From assembly GCA_903813345.2 (NCBI GenBank), contig CAIIXF020000001.1, positions 11,284,001 to 11,348,000 of the forward strand: a stretch of DNA of 64,000 nucleotides. Reading direction: 5' to 3'. The translations under genes were made by a program, and so were the position numbers. The notes beneath the pieces were generated by a model. It saw nothing but the letters and a program-made list of their open reading frames with translations. It had not been told where the DNA came from and searched no databases. Positions 13,996 to 24,100 of this stretch are shown in pieces; positions within the stretch are counted from its first letter, which is position 1, and the number at the start of each line of letters is the position of its first letter. The stretch comes from Owenia fusiformis (Eukaryota).

Positions 13996-14989
13996 CAGTG
14001 CGTATCAAAAAAAACGCAACATATTGTTATTTTGGAAAAGCACAAAACTAGTGATAACAGCATTGATTTCATTCAATGCGCCATAAAGCCACGTGTCTCC
14101 TCTTTACAATGATATATCATTCATTGATATTTGGTCATGGTTGGGCGAGTAATCATTCCATTTGCAAAGTGGGCCAAGATTAGCTTCGGGCCAAGTTATA
14201 AACATCGCAAAAGTCAGTGTACGGAGCCCGATGCAATATTGGACGAAAACATAAAACCAATGCTGACTGCATCATTTTAATTCAATGTACCAAAAGCCAA
14301 ATTACTCCTCTTTGCAATGGAATATCATTCATTCACAGGTAGTCATCTATGGCTGAATAATCATTAATTTTGCAAAGTGGGGCAAAATTCAGCTCGGGCC
14401 CAAGTTTAAAACATTGCAAAAGTCAGAACAAGGGGCATAGGGGCTATTGGAAGAAGGTGTGACAGATGTGGCATAGACAGTTAAGTGTTCATACTCATAC
14501 TCTTGCAAGAATACATCCTATACCCCTCCAAATTGCCACCACTTTCTTGCACATAAAGATGCGCTCATCTGTCCACGTCATGCTTGGTTCAGCCCTGAAT
14601 CATGTGCGGGTTAAAGCAAAGAAAAGCAGCCTATGGGCAAATATTTCTCGAGGTTTTGCAATATCTGGTGGAGGAACTGTGAGCACAGATGCTCCTGAGA
14701 GAGCTCCAAAAGAAAAAGTCACAACAATTCAAGTCAGGGGAACTTCCATTGGCACTTAGCCCTTGTACTGATTTTTTTAATATCTAAAACTTGGCGCAGA
14801 GCCGATTTTGACCCACTGTACAAATGGAAAGATTTCTCACCCAACCATTACCACATGTGAATGAATGGCATATCATTGCAAAGAGGAGAGACATGGCTTT
14901 ATGGTACATCAAATGAAATTGATGCAGTCATCACTAGTTTTGTGATTTTACGAGATAACTACTTGTTGCGTTTTTTTTGATACGCCCTG
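13996..14989. mobile_element. Tc1/mariner-type MITE with ~230-bp diverged TIRs
   Basis: TA|cagtgcgtatcaaaaaaaacgcaac ... gttgcgtttttttttgatacgccctg|TA, with long imperfect inverted arms. Confidence 0.88.
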
Positions 14990-15054
14990 TATATTGCTCT
15001 TTATCAAAATGTTAGTGATATATACTTTTTAAATAGTCCCGAGTAAGATCATGA

Positions 15055-16140
15055 CTAATGAGATCCAGCAGTGAATTTATCATCAAAGAATTTCACCTTG
15101 GGCCATTCTGTTCCATCTCCTGTTTGTCTGAACACAAGCTGAGCAGGAAGGATAAAATTAAAAGGCCAAAAATCGCCAAAAACAGATCTAAAGTTTTGCT
15201 TTGTGCCAGATGTCACTTTTAGTCTTTTACCAGAAGTGACTTCATTTGAGGTTTTTCCAATCGATATGATATACATATGCCATATAAAAAACCCTGTAGC
15301 TACTAATGCAGCCCACCAAAGGATGTACAGGTGTATGACTAATACACAGTGATGGCCAAGCATTTCCCCCGTGATCCACTTAAATACTGCTACTGGTAGT
15401 ATAAAATCAGTTAATGCTGAAGCAGGATAAAATGTATGGTAAATGTAGTACACCTCGTGAGGGAATGCAATGAGGGTAGCAACAGCTGAGTAAAAATTAA
15501 GAAATACGAAGTATCTCTGGTTGAAGTATCCTATACATACTCCTGTCACGTAGCAATGATGATCACGTTTACGAATACACTTGTCGCATATTTTACAATG
15601 GTGCACCCTTGGAGGCATACGATGATTACATGTATTACAGTATGGCCAGGTTTCTCTTTTCCTTTCAACCCCATCTAGAAACACCTTGGTGTCATCCCAT
15701 AAGAGTTTATCCACATGAGGTCTATCAAGTGTTTCTTCATAAAATGTCCCAGTGAAATGACAACAGGCCCAGTTTCCAAGACACTGGATGAAAATGAACA
15801 CAGTTAGCACTTTCAAAGCATAACATATCCAGTCAGCGTAGAAGCCATAGCAAAATGGTATTATGTAGGCCATGACAACATAGAAGGTCGATATAGCACA
15901 AAACCAAAAGATCGTCATGGCTAATCTATTAGCCATACGACCAGTACTGGATTTTCCTGTTGCATAATAGTTCTCGATCTTTTCCATAAGGGTTAATTCT
16001 TTAGGCTGCTTGAAAATTGCCCTATAGAGGGCAGACTGATTATTGTTGCTGCTATATGAAGACATCTTCGAGTCTAATGCTATTTCTTTAACTTCAGCTT
16101 GACGATCAGCTTCAGTCGTTTCTGTGGTTCGTTGCCTCAT
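15055..16140 (-). CDS. DHHC palmitoyltransferase, ZDHHC22/ZDHHC24-like, 361 aa, single coding exon
   Basis: DHHC cysteine-rich domain CNTCNHRMPPRVHHCKICDKCIRKRDHHCYVTGVCIGYFNQRYF, four hydrophobic segments, TTxE-like KTSNE, and PaCCT-like NFRSVFG..W. The ATG at 16140 lies just after the acceptor tattttcag| (exon starts 16141), so the ORF-track start at 16200 is intronic. A probable upstream non-coding exon has its donor gaag|gtaagt at 16708. Confidence 0.93.
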   Translation of the reverse strand: MRQRTTETTEADRQAEVKEIALDSKMSSYSSNNNQSALYRAIFKQPKELTLMEKIENYYATGKSSTGRMANRLAMTIFWFCAISTFYVVMAYIIPFCYGFYADWICYALKVLTVFIFIQCLGNWACCHFTGTFYEETLDRPHVDKLLWDDTKVFLDGVERKRETWPYCNTCNHRMPPRVHHCKICDKCIRKRDHHCYVTGVCIGYFNQRYFVFLNFYSAVATLIAFPHEVYYIYHTFYPASALTDFILPVAVFKWITGEMLGHHCVLVIHLYILWWAALVATGFFIWHMYIISIGKTSNEVTSGKRLKVTSGTKQNFRSVFGDFWPFNFILPAQLVFRQTGDGTEWPKVKFFDDKFTAGSH

Positions 16141-16799
16141 TCTGAAAATATTGAAACAACTAACTGAAACCTGGTTTAATCTAAATTTGTTTTTTAGCAA
16201 GCCTATGGCTTAATTTGGGAAGAATACACAATTGGTTTTGATGATTTTTGTGTGGTTAATGAGATGTCATCTGAAAATTGCTGTTGCATCCACGTCCAAT
16301 TATGGCACATTGATACAACACCACAACCAGTTTAGCGCAGTGATTCTGTTCATACTATCATTAGATGGAAAAACTTCCAGTGTAGTTATAGAGAAAACAT
16401 GTAGATGGTGCTGACTGTGCCATAAATTGATAGTCTACATAATATAGCCCTATAAAGGACTCTTGATTTGCCTGGAGTCGAGAGTCGATCGATTCAATTT
16501 GAGGGTCGATGGATTTTATTTCAGATCTCAAATCTAATAATGACAAATTGAGAGTCCTTTATACATGTAGCGCTAACCTGAGACCATCATTTTATGTTAG
16601 TCTCAGGTGCTAACATATAAACATTCTTTTCGATTGCTGTATGGATAACCAATGGGCTTTCACTTTCTCTTGAAAGCCCATGGGATATCTTCACAGTCAG
16701 CACTTACCTTCTTCTAAGGCCACTGTATCGTGGCCTTCATCCAAAGATAAATTCCTGCATGTATAAAGGGTCATGTCGTAATCATAAAATTTGAAATCA

Positions 16800-17685
16800 A
16801 ATGTCCGCCATTTTTCCACATCACAATTTGAATAGCAAGTTTTGGTTTTATTACGTACCTCAACAAAAATCCCAAAACACACATGAAGTGATCAATGTAT
16901 TAGTTTACATCTTCTGGATCGCTAACTTAGAATTTACAGCCATTTACTAATGTCAGACATTAACGACATTTCGTCTAGTTTTCGAATATCGCCCTTTTTC
17001 TTGGAGCCATTTGTTTTAATTTTAGACAAAATCCTGACGAATTCATGCAATATCTCATCAAGGAGCCCAGCCGGTTCCATTTTATTAATGATTTATTTAT
17101 AAGGCAATTTTAAAATATTCAATAAAATGACAAGCCGGCCAGCTTTTCAAATGGAGTTCACAGTATTCCAGATGAAATTACCTCAAGCCAAGAATTGCCT
17201 AGAGACTCGAGTAAGTCAGCATCATCTAACTGAATAATGAAGATTGATTTGATAGTGCTCAATGTGGACATGGGCTGCTGTGGATAACTTTACAACCCAC
17301 CTGGGCCCAATAGTCATTTGCTGAATCACAGACCAATTCAGATCATATAAAATAAATCAATTTATTACTTCTTTTTATTGGAATGTATTGTACGAGATTG
17401 GTTTTCCTAATGAGAAGAGGGAGAAAGTCCAAATGCATGATTCTATTTTTACTAGATCTATTCTAAAAATTTTAGAATTTCTAGATTATGAATAAGTGTT
17501 GAAATCAGAACCTGACAATTTAGCGCATATTTACTGACAAAAAACTGTGGAAAAACATTATAAGATGCTTATTGTGATCATTGTATCTACTTACAGAGCG
17601 TTATTTTCGCCAGAACCTCACTATTTCTTCGGAAACGAAAAGTTTTCAAACTGGCCGGATGTATCAATTACGCATGCGCATATTG
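16800..17685 (-). promoter_or_regulatory. Candidate housekeeping-type promoter region of the ZDHHC gene
   Basis: YY1-like AAAATGGCGG on the - strand (~16804-16814). NRF1-like ACGCATGCGCA (~17670-17680) and ETS-like CGGAA/CCGGAT sit in a locally CpG-richer patch (17600-17680). Motif matches only. Confidence 0.3.
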
Positions 17686-18391
17686 AACCTAACGACAAAC
17701 AGGTACAGGCTGAGCTAAAAAAGGCAACTCAAACCAATGTTAATATTTATCATTCATTCAGCGTGGGTTTAGTTTCATATTTGGCACAATTAAACCTTAT
17801 TCAATGGTCTTTCATTCTACCAAGTTTATTTTGGTCTAGTTTTAATGGTGACGATTTAATTGCCATTTTACAAAGTTTTAAAATAACGAAAAGGGTAGGT
17901 GTAAAATTTTGGTCCTACTCTCGACCTAATTACAATTATTTTCCTTATTATTTATTCACAGTCAGGGACAGTAAGGGCCATAAGGAAAGGGGACCATAAT
18001 CCCCAGGGGACCATAATTTCTTTTCCACCGGCTTCAGGTCTTGACTTGAATGTATCGAATGTACATGTAGCTGTTCACTACATGAGTACAGATATCTTGT
18101 TTTATGACTCTCATCTTCCTTCTTATCTCTTGTTTCATTGTTCCAAGGACTGTTATTGTAGACATTAGCCCCACAGATAAAATCTGGTGGGATTTATGTC
18201 CAATCAAAGTGTGACACGTTTCGGTATTTGGAGCATGTTTTATAAATGGCCACGAAATCATGACCATTGAAGAAAGAACAATGAAATTTTGTCGGAAGAA
18301 TGAAAGAACATTAAACAAGGTCTAACTGTTCCTAATATAAATTTTAACACCGTGCCTGAAAGACTGAGTTATTATTATTAACATTACTATA

Positions 18392-20142
18392 AGTACGCTA
18401 TTGGTACACATTTGAATATTATAAATTATTTCGAAATACATGTTAAACGAAGACCGAGATCTTAAATAACCTTCTTGCTATTATATAAGGCAATTATTCG
18501 AACTGAATTTTATGAAATATCCTCTATGGTTATTCAATTCACAGCCCTTCGAAATAGAATAAAATTGAATAAAAACACCATAAAAGGCGTGTTCAACGTT
18601 TCAACGAGGAACGAAACAAAATGGCCATGTAGTATGTAAAAGTATATATCTTTTTAACTGTTGCATTAATGTTTATGATATTTTCAGGATAATACCCTAT
18701 TTCATGGATCATCAATTCTATGAATAAATATTTACAAATAACGAACAGCGTATGACGTCACAATAGCTATTGTCGCAATCGTAATTGTGAGTGACTTGTG
18801 TTCAACTCTGACTTATTCAGCCTGCGTATGGTACTTAAATGTAGATTTTGTGAGTTATATAGCAGTTTGTCATACAGTTGTTATATTGTTAGATCCGGAA
18901 AAGTTTCACGAACATACTGAAACTATACTTACCAGTGATTCAGATGTAAACGTATCAGCCACGATGGATTTTGTAGGAATATTAGGAGTGAAGCCTCGTC
19001 AAAATTACGTTATTTTTTACCACGGTAGATATGTTCTAAGCCATCTAAGTCTTTTAAATTACAATGAATCATCTCAAATTCTTATGGGCAACAATAAAGA
19101 AGATGTTTGTTCTACAAAAAAGTATATTTGATGACCTGGTGGCCATATAAACCTCGTAAATTCTATAAAATATTGAAAAATGTCCAAGTGAAGCCTCCGT
19201 GATTAAAATCCCCGTTAAAATCAATTGGACATTTGCAATCTATGCGAGTGTGAGTATTTTAATATTTTGAGTCCTAAAAAATATTTTTCTCAGCTGCGCA
19301 TCAGGTGATCATAATGTATTAAAAAATTAGAGACTCTATTTTAGTTTTTCACCTTTTAAAATGAATGATACCAGAGTCTGAACTAAATGTGCATAGACCG
19401 TTTTGACGTCATTTTACACACAAAATGGGGACTTTGTGTCCCCTTTCATCGGAATTAGCGAGGCCAGATTTTATTGAAATAATTTGATAGCTTTTTTATT
19501 TGCCTGCGTATGTTCCATACATTACAGTGGTACTAAATGATAGGGTAAACCATACTTCTTCATGAACATATACCGTATTCTTTGAGTCTTAAAGAATAGA
19601 GACATTTCCGCGCTATAGGTTATAATACGCAAGAAAACGTAAAAAGCGCGCGATTGATGAGTCCCGCATCAAAAGTTAACAGAACAAATTCTCTACAGAT
19701 CATAACTTTCAATCATGATGAATTCTCATTTGAAATAAAGATGCACATGTCATTTTGATGTAATGATTATCTATTGATATTATTAGTGATTATATCTTGT
19801 AGGATTTGCGTATAAATTCATCAAAATGGAAGATTAGTACAAAGTTTTCAATTTTATAGTTCAGAGTATTTGTCTTGGTTTCCATGTTTATTCAATTTTA
19901 AATCGATGTTTTGATTGAAGCTGCTTGGTTTGTTTTGAAATACCTTTTCATCGATTCATTCCTTAGATAGAATGTAGGTAATAAAAATGTAATGTGTCAT
20001 TTTCATAATTTTATGTTCATGCTTCAGTGAATTTCGAAGGAATAATGACGTCGTCGAATGTCTGTCAAATTGCGAGAATATTTTTCATAACGTCACATTT
20101 CATTGTTTCCTGTGAAACGGGAGTGTGCACCAATAGCGTACT
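18392..20142. mobile_element. TIR-bounded non-autonomous element, superfamily unassigned
   Basis: agtacgctattggtacaca (18392-18410) and tgtgcaccaatagcgtact (20124-20142) match as inverted repeats at 18 of 19 positions. No clear TSD or coding remnant. It may be nested in an older Tc1-like element with ends near 17706 and 20186. Confidence 0.5.
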
Positions 20143-20298
20143 CACTGTGCAGACATTTGTCAGGGTTACATTTTCGGCTCACCCTGTAACACTTTAAGAG
20201 TGAGACTTCTGATTAGATTTTAGTTCTCACATGTCATATGTCATTCAGGCCGAAGTTTTATCCAATCTATACAAGCGCCTAGATTTCCTCCATTGGTA

Positions 20299-20760
20299 CA
20301 GGGTGGTCCAAAAAAGCATTCACATTTTTGATTACATAGAACTTTTTATCGGCAGTTTTTTCCAATTTTTTTCATTTTCCTGTCCTACAACACAGCGCTC
20401 AATAGTTTATAATATGTTCAATGCCCGAGGGAATCCTCCTGATCTCTGTTCTAATGCTATTCTCGAGTGCATCAATAGTTTTGGGGATTGTTAACCTAGA
20501 CTCTGGCTTTAAGGTATCCCCACAAAAAAATAATCCAAATGGGATATGTCTGGAGAATGTGCAGGCCAAGGTATAGTAGCCCGTGCGACAAGAGATGAGC
20601 CTGTCTCAAGGGAAGTAGTGAGGTATTCAAGTGAAGCGTTGGAGCAGTGCGGCGTTGATCCATCTTGCGGATAGATCTCGGTATTTATGTCTACTCCTCG
20701 CTTCCTTATCAGGGCCAATCGAAAATATGTGCGTGGTATTATATTGATAGTCAGATACAC
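20299..20760 (-). mobile_element. Degenerate Tc1/mariner transposase fragment with one TIR
   Basis: The - strand remnant QDGSTPHCSNASLEYL...WPAHSPDISHLDYFF matches the mariner/Tc1 QD.A..H and WP..SPDL.P.D motifs. The TIR TA|cagggtggtccaaaaaa at 20299 is shared with the MITE at 40027. Confidence 0.85.
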
Positions 20761-21014
20761 AACTTCCCAATTTAGGAGTTATTAGTAGCTTTGAAATCTC
20801 GCAGATATTTGAAATTGCATATTTTGTCAATTAAATGGTAAATAAAAAGAAATCTGACTGGATTCGTGTATTTCCTGAGAGAAAAAATCCAAGTATTTCC
20901 GTGGTTAACCCCGCATTACAAAAAAATCTAGATGAATGACTGTCATTTTATAAGAATTGTGTGTTCCAATCCTCAATGTACTGGGAATCCCGGTTCTAGG
21001 TAACCCCCCCCCCC

Positions 21015-21811
21015 CTATCACACCAAACTAGTTCTTACCCGTTCTTGCCAGTCCAACGAAAACGTCATAAAACGGGGTCAGTCTGGCTGTGGTCGGGAAA
21101 TATGTCTGAAATAATTAGCTTCTTCGTTCTTAAACAGTCTTCAATACGTCCATCTCGTTCGCAGTTCGTTCAGGTCGTACCACGTCGGTGTGCAACGTCG
21201 TAGAACGCGTCCCTTAGTCTAGAAGGTCAACATGACCTGATTACAGAACGGTATGGTCGCCATCGAATTTTGAATCGATTCAGAATTCTAAAATCACATT
21301 CCCGTCTGAGAACGTTCATAAAGTTCGTAAATAGACCTTAGAAAGTTGCAGCTACGTTCATTCCGTTCGCACACAGTTTAAAACCAGTTTTGAAGAACGC
21401 AGTGGCAACTTGTTGGTGTGATAGCTATATTTTTGCTAAGTCGTTAATAAGCAGTGTTAAATACGTTCTTAATCAGTTTAAACCCGTTTGCAATTAGTTC
21501 TACCTCGTTCTCAGCACGTCCTCAGACAGTTCAACTCGTTGTTAAAACGTCCCTAGTAGGATTGAAGTACGACGGTTACGTTCGTAGTACGTCCAGCTCG
21601 TCGTTAGTACGTTGCCACTCGTTATAATTGAAGAACGTGACGACCACGACAACATTTTGAGCATTGTCTAAGTTCTAGAGGAACTACCCGTTCGAGTACG
21701 TTCGAGGAAGTTTGTAAATAGATCCCAAACGATTCTTAGTAGGTCCAGTCCGTTCGTACACAGTTGAAACCCGTTTTCGAGAACGTAGTGAGAACTAGTT
21801 TGGTGTGATAG
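21015..21811. mobile_element. CpG-rich TIR element (possibly PIF/Harbinger-like), with a duplicated right end
   Basis: ctatcacaccaaactagttct (from 21015) is inverted to agaactagtttggtgtgatag (to 21811). A diverged direct copy of the terminal ~120 bp ends at 21424. The superfamily is a guess. Confidence 0.65.
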
Positions 21812-21961
21812 TACGGTAAGGAAAGGCTGTAAAACGATCACAGGCTACCGAGTAAAATCCATGATATCGCCCGAGCAATTGCAAGCTCATGGCATCATCG
21901 GGTCTGCTTTACGTCCGTTTAAGATGGATATTTGCCTCATCACTGAAAAAGATCAGGTTCT

Positions 21962-22190
21962 GTGGACCCTGTATCATTAGGGTCTGATACGCGATCGCCG
22001 CTCCTGCCAGGTGGACCTTGTATCATTAGGGTCTGGTACGCGATCGCCGCTATCCTGCCAAGTGGATCCTTTATCATAAGGGTCTGATACGCGTCCTGTG
22101 TCCTCAGCGGGTAGGTCAGGGTTAGGTAATCATTCAAAACTCATCTGGTTTAATACATGAATAGGGCCAGGGTAAGGGTTGGTTAGGGTT
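21962..22190. repeat. ~50-bp tandem repeat (2.6 copies) followed by telomere-like (T)TAGGG-variant tract; HINE/Helentron-like
   Basis: The unit gtggaccctgtatcattagggtctgatacgcgatcgccgctcctgcca starts at 21962, 22011 and 22062. It is followed by gggtaggtcagggttagg and agggccagggtaagggttggttagggtt. Confidence 0.7.
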
Positions 22191-23076
22191 AAATTAATTT
22201 TTTTGACACACAAGTTTATTATATTTATGGAATTCATTTTTTTGATTTTTTGATACATATATTCATGGTCTTTTTGGGATGTTTTGACACAGTTTCATGG
22301 TCTTGATGGAATTCATTTTTTGATTGTTTTGATATTGCCCAAGTTCTGGATATACCTGATTCTCATATGGAAACCAAAGATCCTTGTGCATTATTTGCAT
22401 AACTGAGCTCCTTAAAAGATCTTTCTACTGGGACAAACGTCTGTTGGATTTTCTTGGAGACAGCTGCAAGGTTTGTCTGACAGTCACAATGTGATTTTCT
22501 GTCCTAGCTGACCTTAGACGGCCACTGCGGCCTATGACCTTTCTGGCTATCCTGTACACTTTCCGTCTCCCTCAATTTCTCAGGGAGATGTGTGTTTGGA
22601 TGGAGGGTTTCTCCCCGGAGAGTCCCTCTGGTGGTTAAAATGAGATTTACTTTTTCTAAATGAGGAAAACATTTTTGAAAAAATTAGAAGATGGACTATA
22701 ATCCATCTATCGGTATAATCCAAATGACATTTTAGTTTTGTTTTTCAGTGCTTAAGTTGACGATAACAATTGTTCTAATGTAAAACGAGGAATGTATGGC
22801 CTAACAATGCTCTTATTTTCTTAATTGATCTTCCAAATAGTTCTGGGGATGCTTTTTTCATGCCTCATTTGAATTAAATGAAAAAATGAAATACTGTTAT
22901 GACAGGAATGAAGCAAGACTTCCGCATTAGCAAGAGCTCGACTTCAATTTAGAAATTCATTTTTTGATGTATGTGGACAAAGGTATGAAATCAAGATCGC
23001 CTGTTGTAACTAAATAAAAGTTTGATTTTTATTTCCTTACGTTTACGTACATGATTACAAAGTACAAATGAATGTA

Positions 23077-24099
23077 CAGGTTGGGCCAAAAAAACAATAC
23101 CCAACTTCAAATCAGGATAAAAATAGTTACATTCAATATGGTAGATTGACTTACATATCATTTTAAAGGTTATACATTTTCAAACAATTTGGTATTTAAC
23201 ACTTTGTCATGAAATCAATAGTAAAGTTTTATTATACTTATTTGGGAGGCCGGGTTGCTATTCAAGGTCTCCAGATTTTAGGGAGAAAAAAGTAAATCTG
23301 CGGAATAATGTTAATTTTCTATTTATAGAATATCATTTTTTGTAAGTTGAATACATGCTTGGATATTGATATTTGCAACAATGTGTGGCTAAATTTATTG
23401 TTTATGAATTTCAGTGTTGTTTGATAACATTTAACACTTTATTTATTTTAACAATTGCTCAATATACAGCGTCAACAATAAGCTTCAAGTGGTAGCGCAA
23501 TCCATCAATAGCCTTATCGACAGATTTCTGTTGCAATTCATTTCAGCACTTTAGGATTCTGTGTTTCAGCTCATCAATGCTGTTTATCGGATACTTGCGA
23601 TTGTACCACTTCCTCGAGATGGCTCCATGTATGGCAATCAACCACATTAGCATCGGGGTTGTTGGGTGGCCAAGCATCGAGATCAATCGAATTGACACCT
23701 TGTTCGCAAAGGAATGCCAATGTCTCCTTAGATCTATGGTACAAGGCAATGTCTTGTTGAAAAATAAAATCCTCCATATACGTTTAATGTCTTTTAGCAG
23801 CCCCTTTGAGTAATTATTGATAATAAACAACACTGACATTTATAAACAATAAGTTTAGTCACACAACTATGTAAATATACGAGCATGTATTCACCTAACA
23901 AAATGATATTCTATAAATAAAAAATTAACATAATTCCGCAGATTTACTATTTTCTCCCTAAAATCTAGAGACCTCACAAATAAGTATAATAAAACTTAAA
24001 TATTAATTTCATGACAAAGTGTTATATACCAAACTGTTTGAAAATGGATTACCTTTAAAATGATATATAAATCAACGTATCATATTGAAAGTAGCTATT
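23077..24099 (-). mobile_element. Internally deleted Tc1/mariner element with long TIRs and a transposase C-terminal remnant; right TIR truncated
   Basis: TA|caggttgggccaaaaaaac at 23077. 23120-23400 is inverted to 23845-24099. The - strand remnant reads FIFQQDIALYHRSKET...WPPNNPDANVVDCHTWSHLEE, then after a frameshift SIDELKHRILKC*NEL...AID. Confidence 0.88.
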
Positions 24100-24100
24100 G

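Noticed and set aside
14466-14759. 97-aa ORF in the middle of a MITE
   Set aside because: No transposase or other motif, and it lies within a non-autonomous element.
17547-17999. 150-aa + strand ORF
   Set aside because: It has a non-ATG start, crosses a Tc1-like TIR at ~17706, and has no recognisable domain or splice context.
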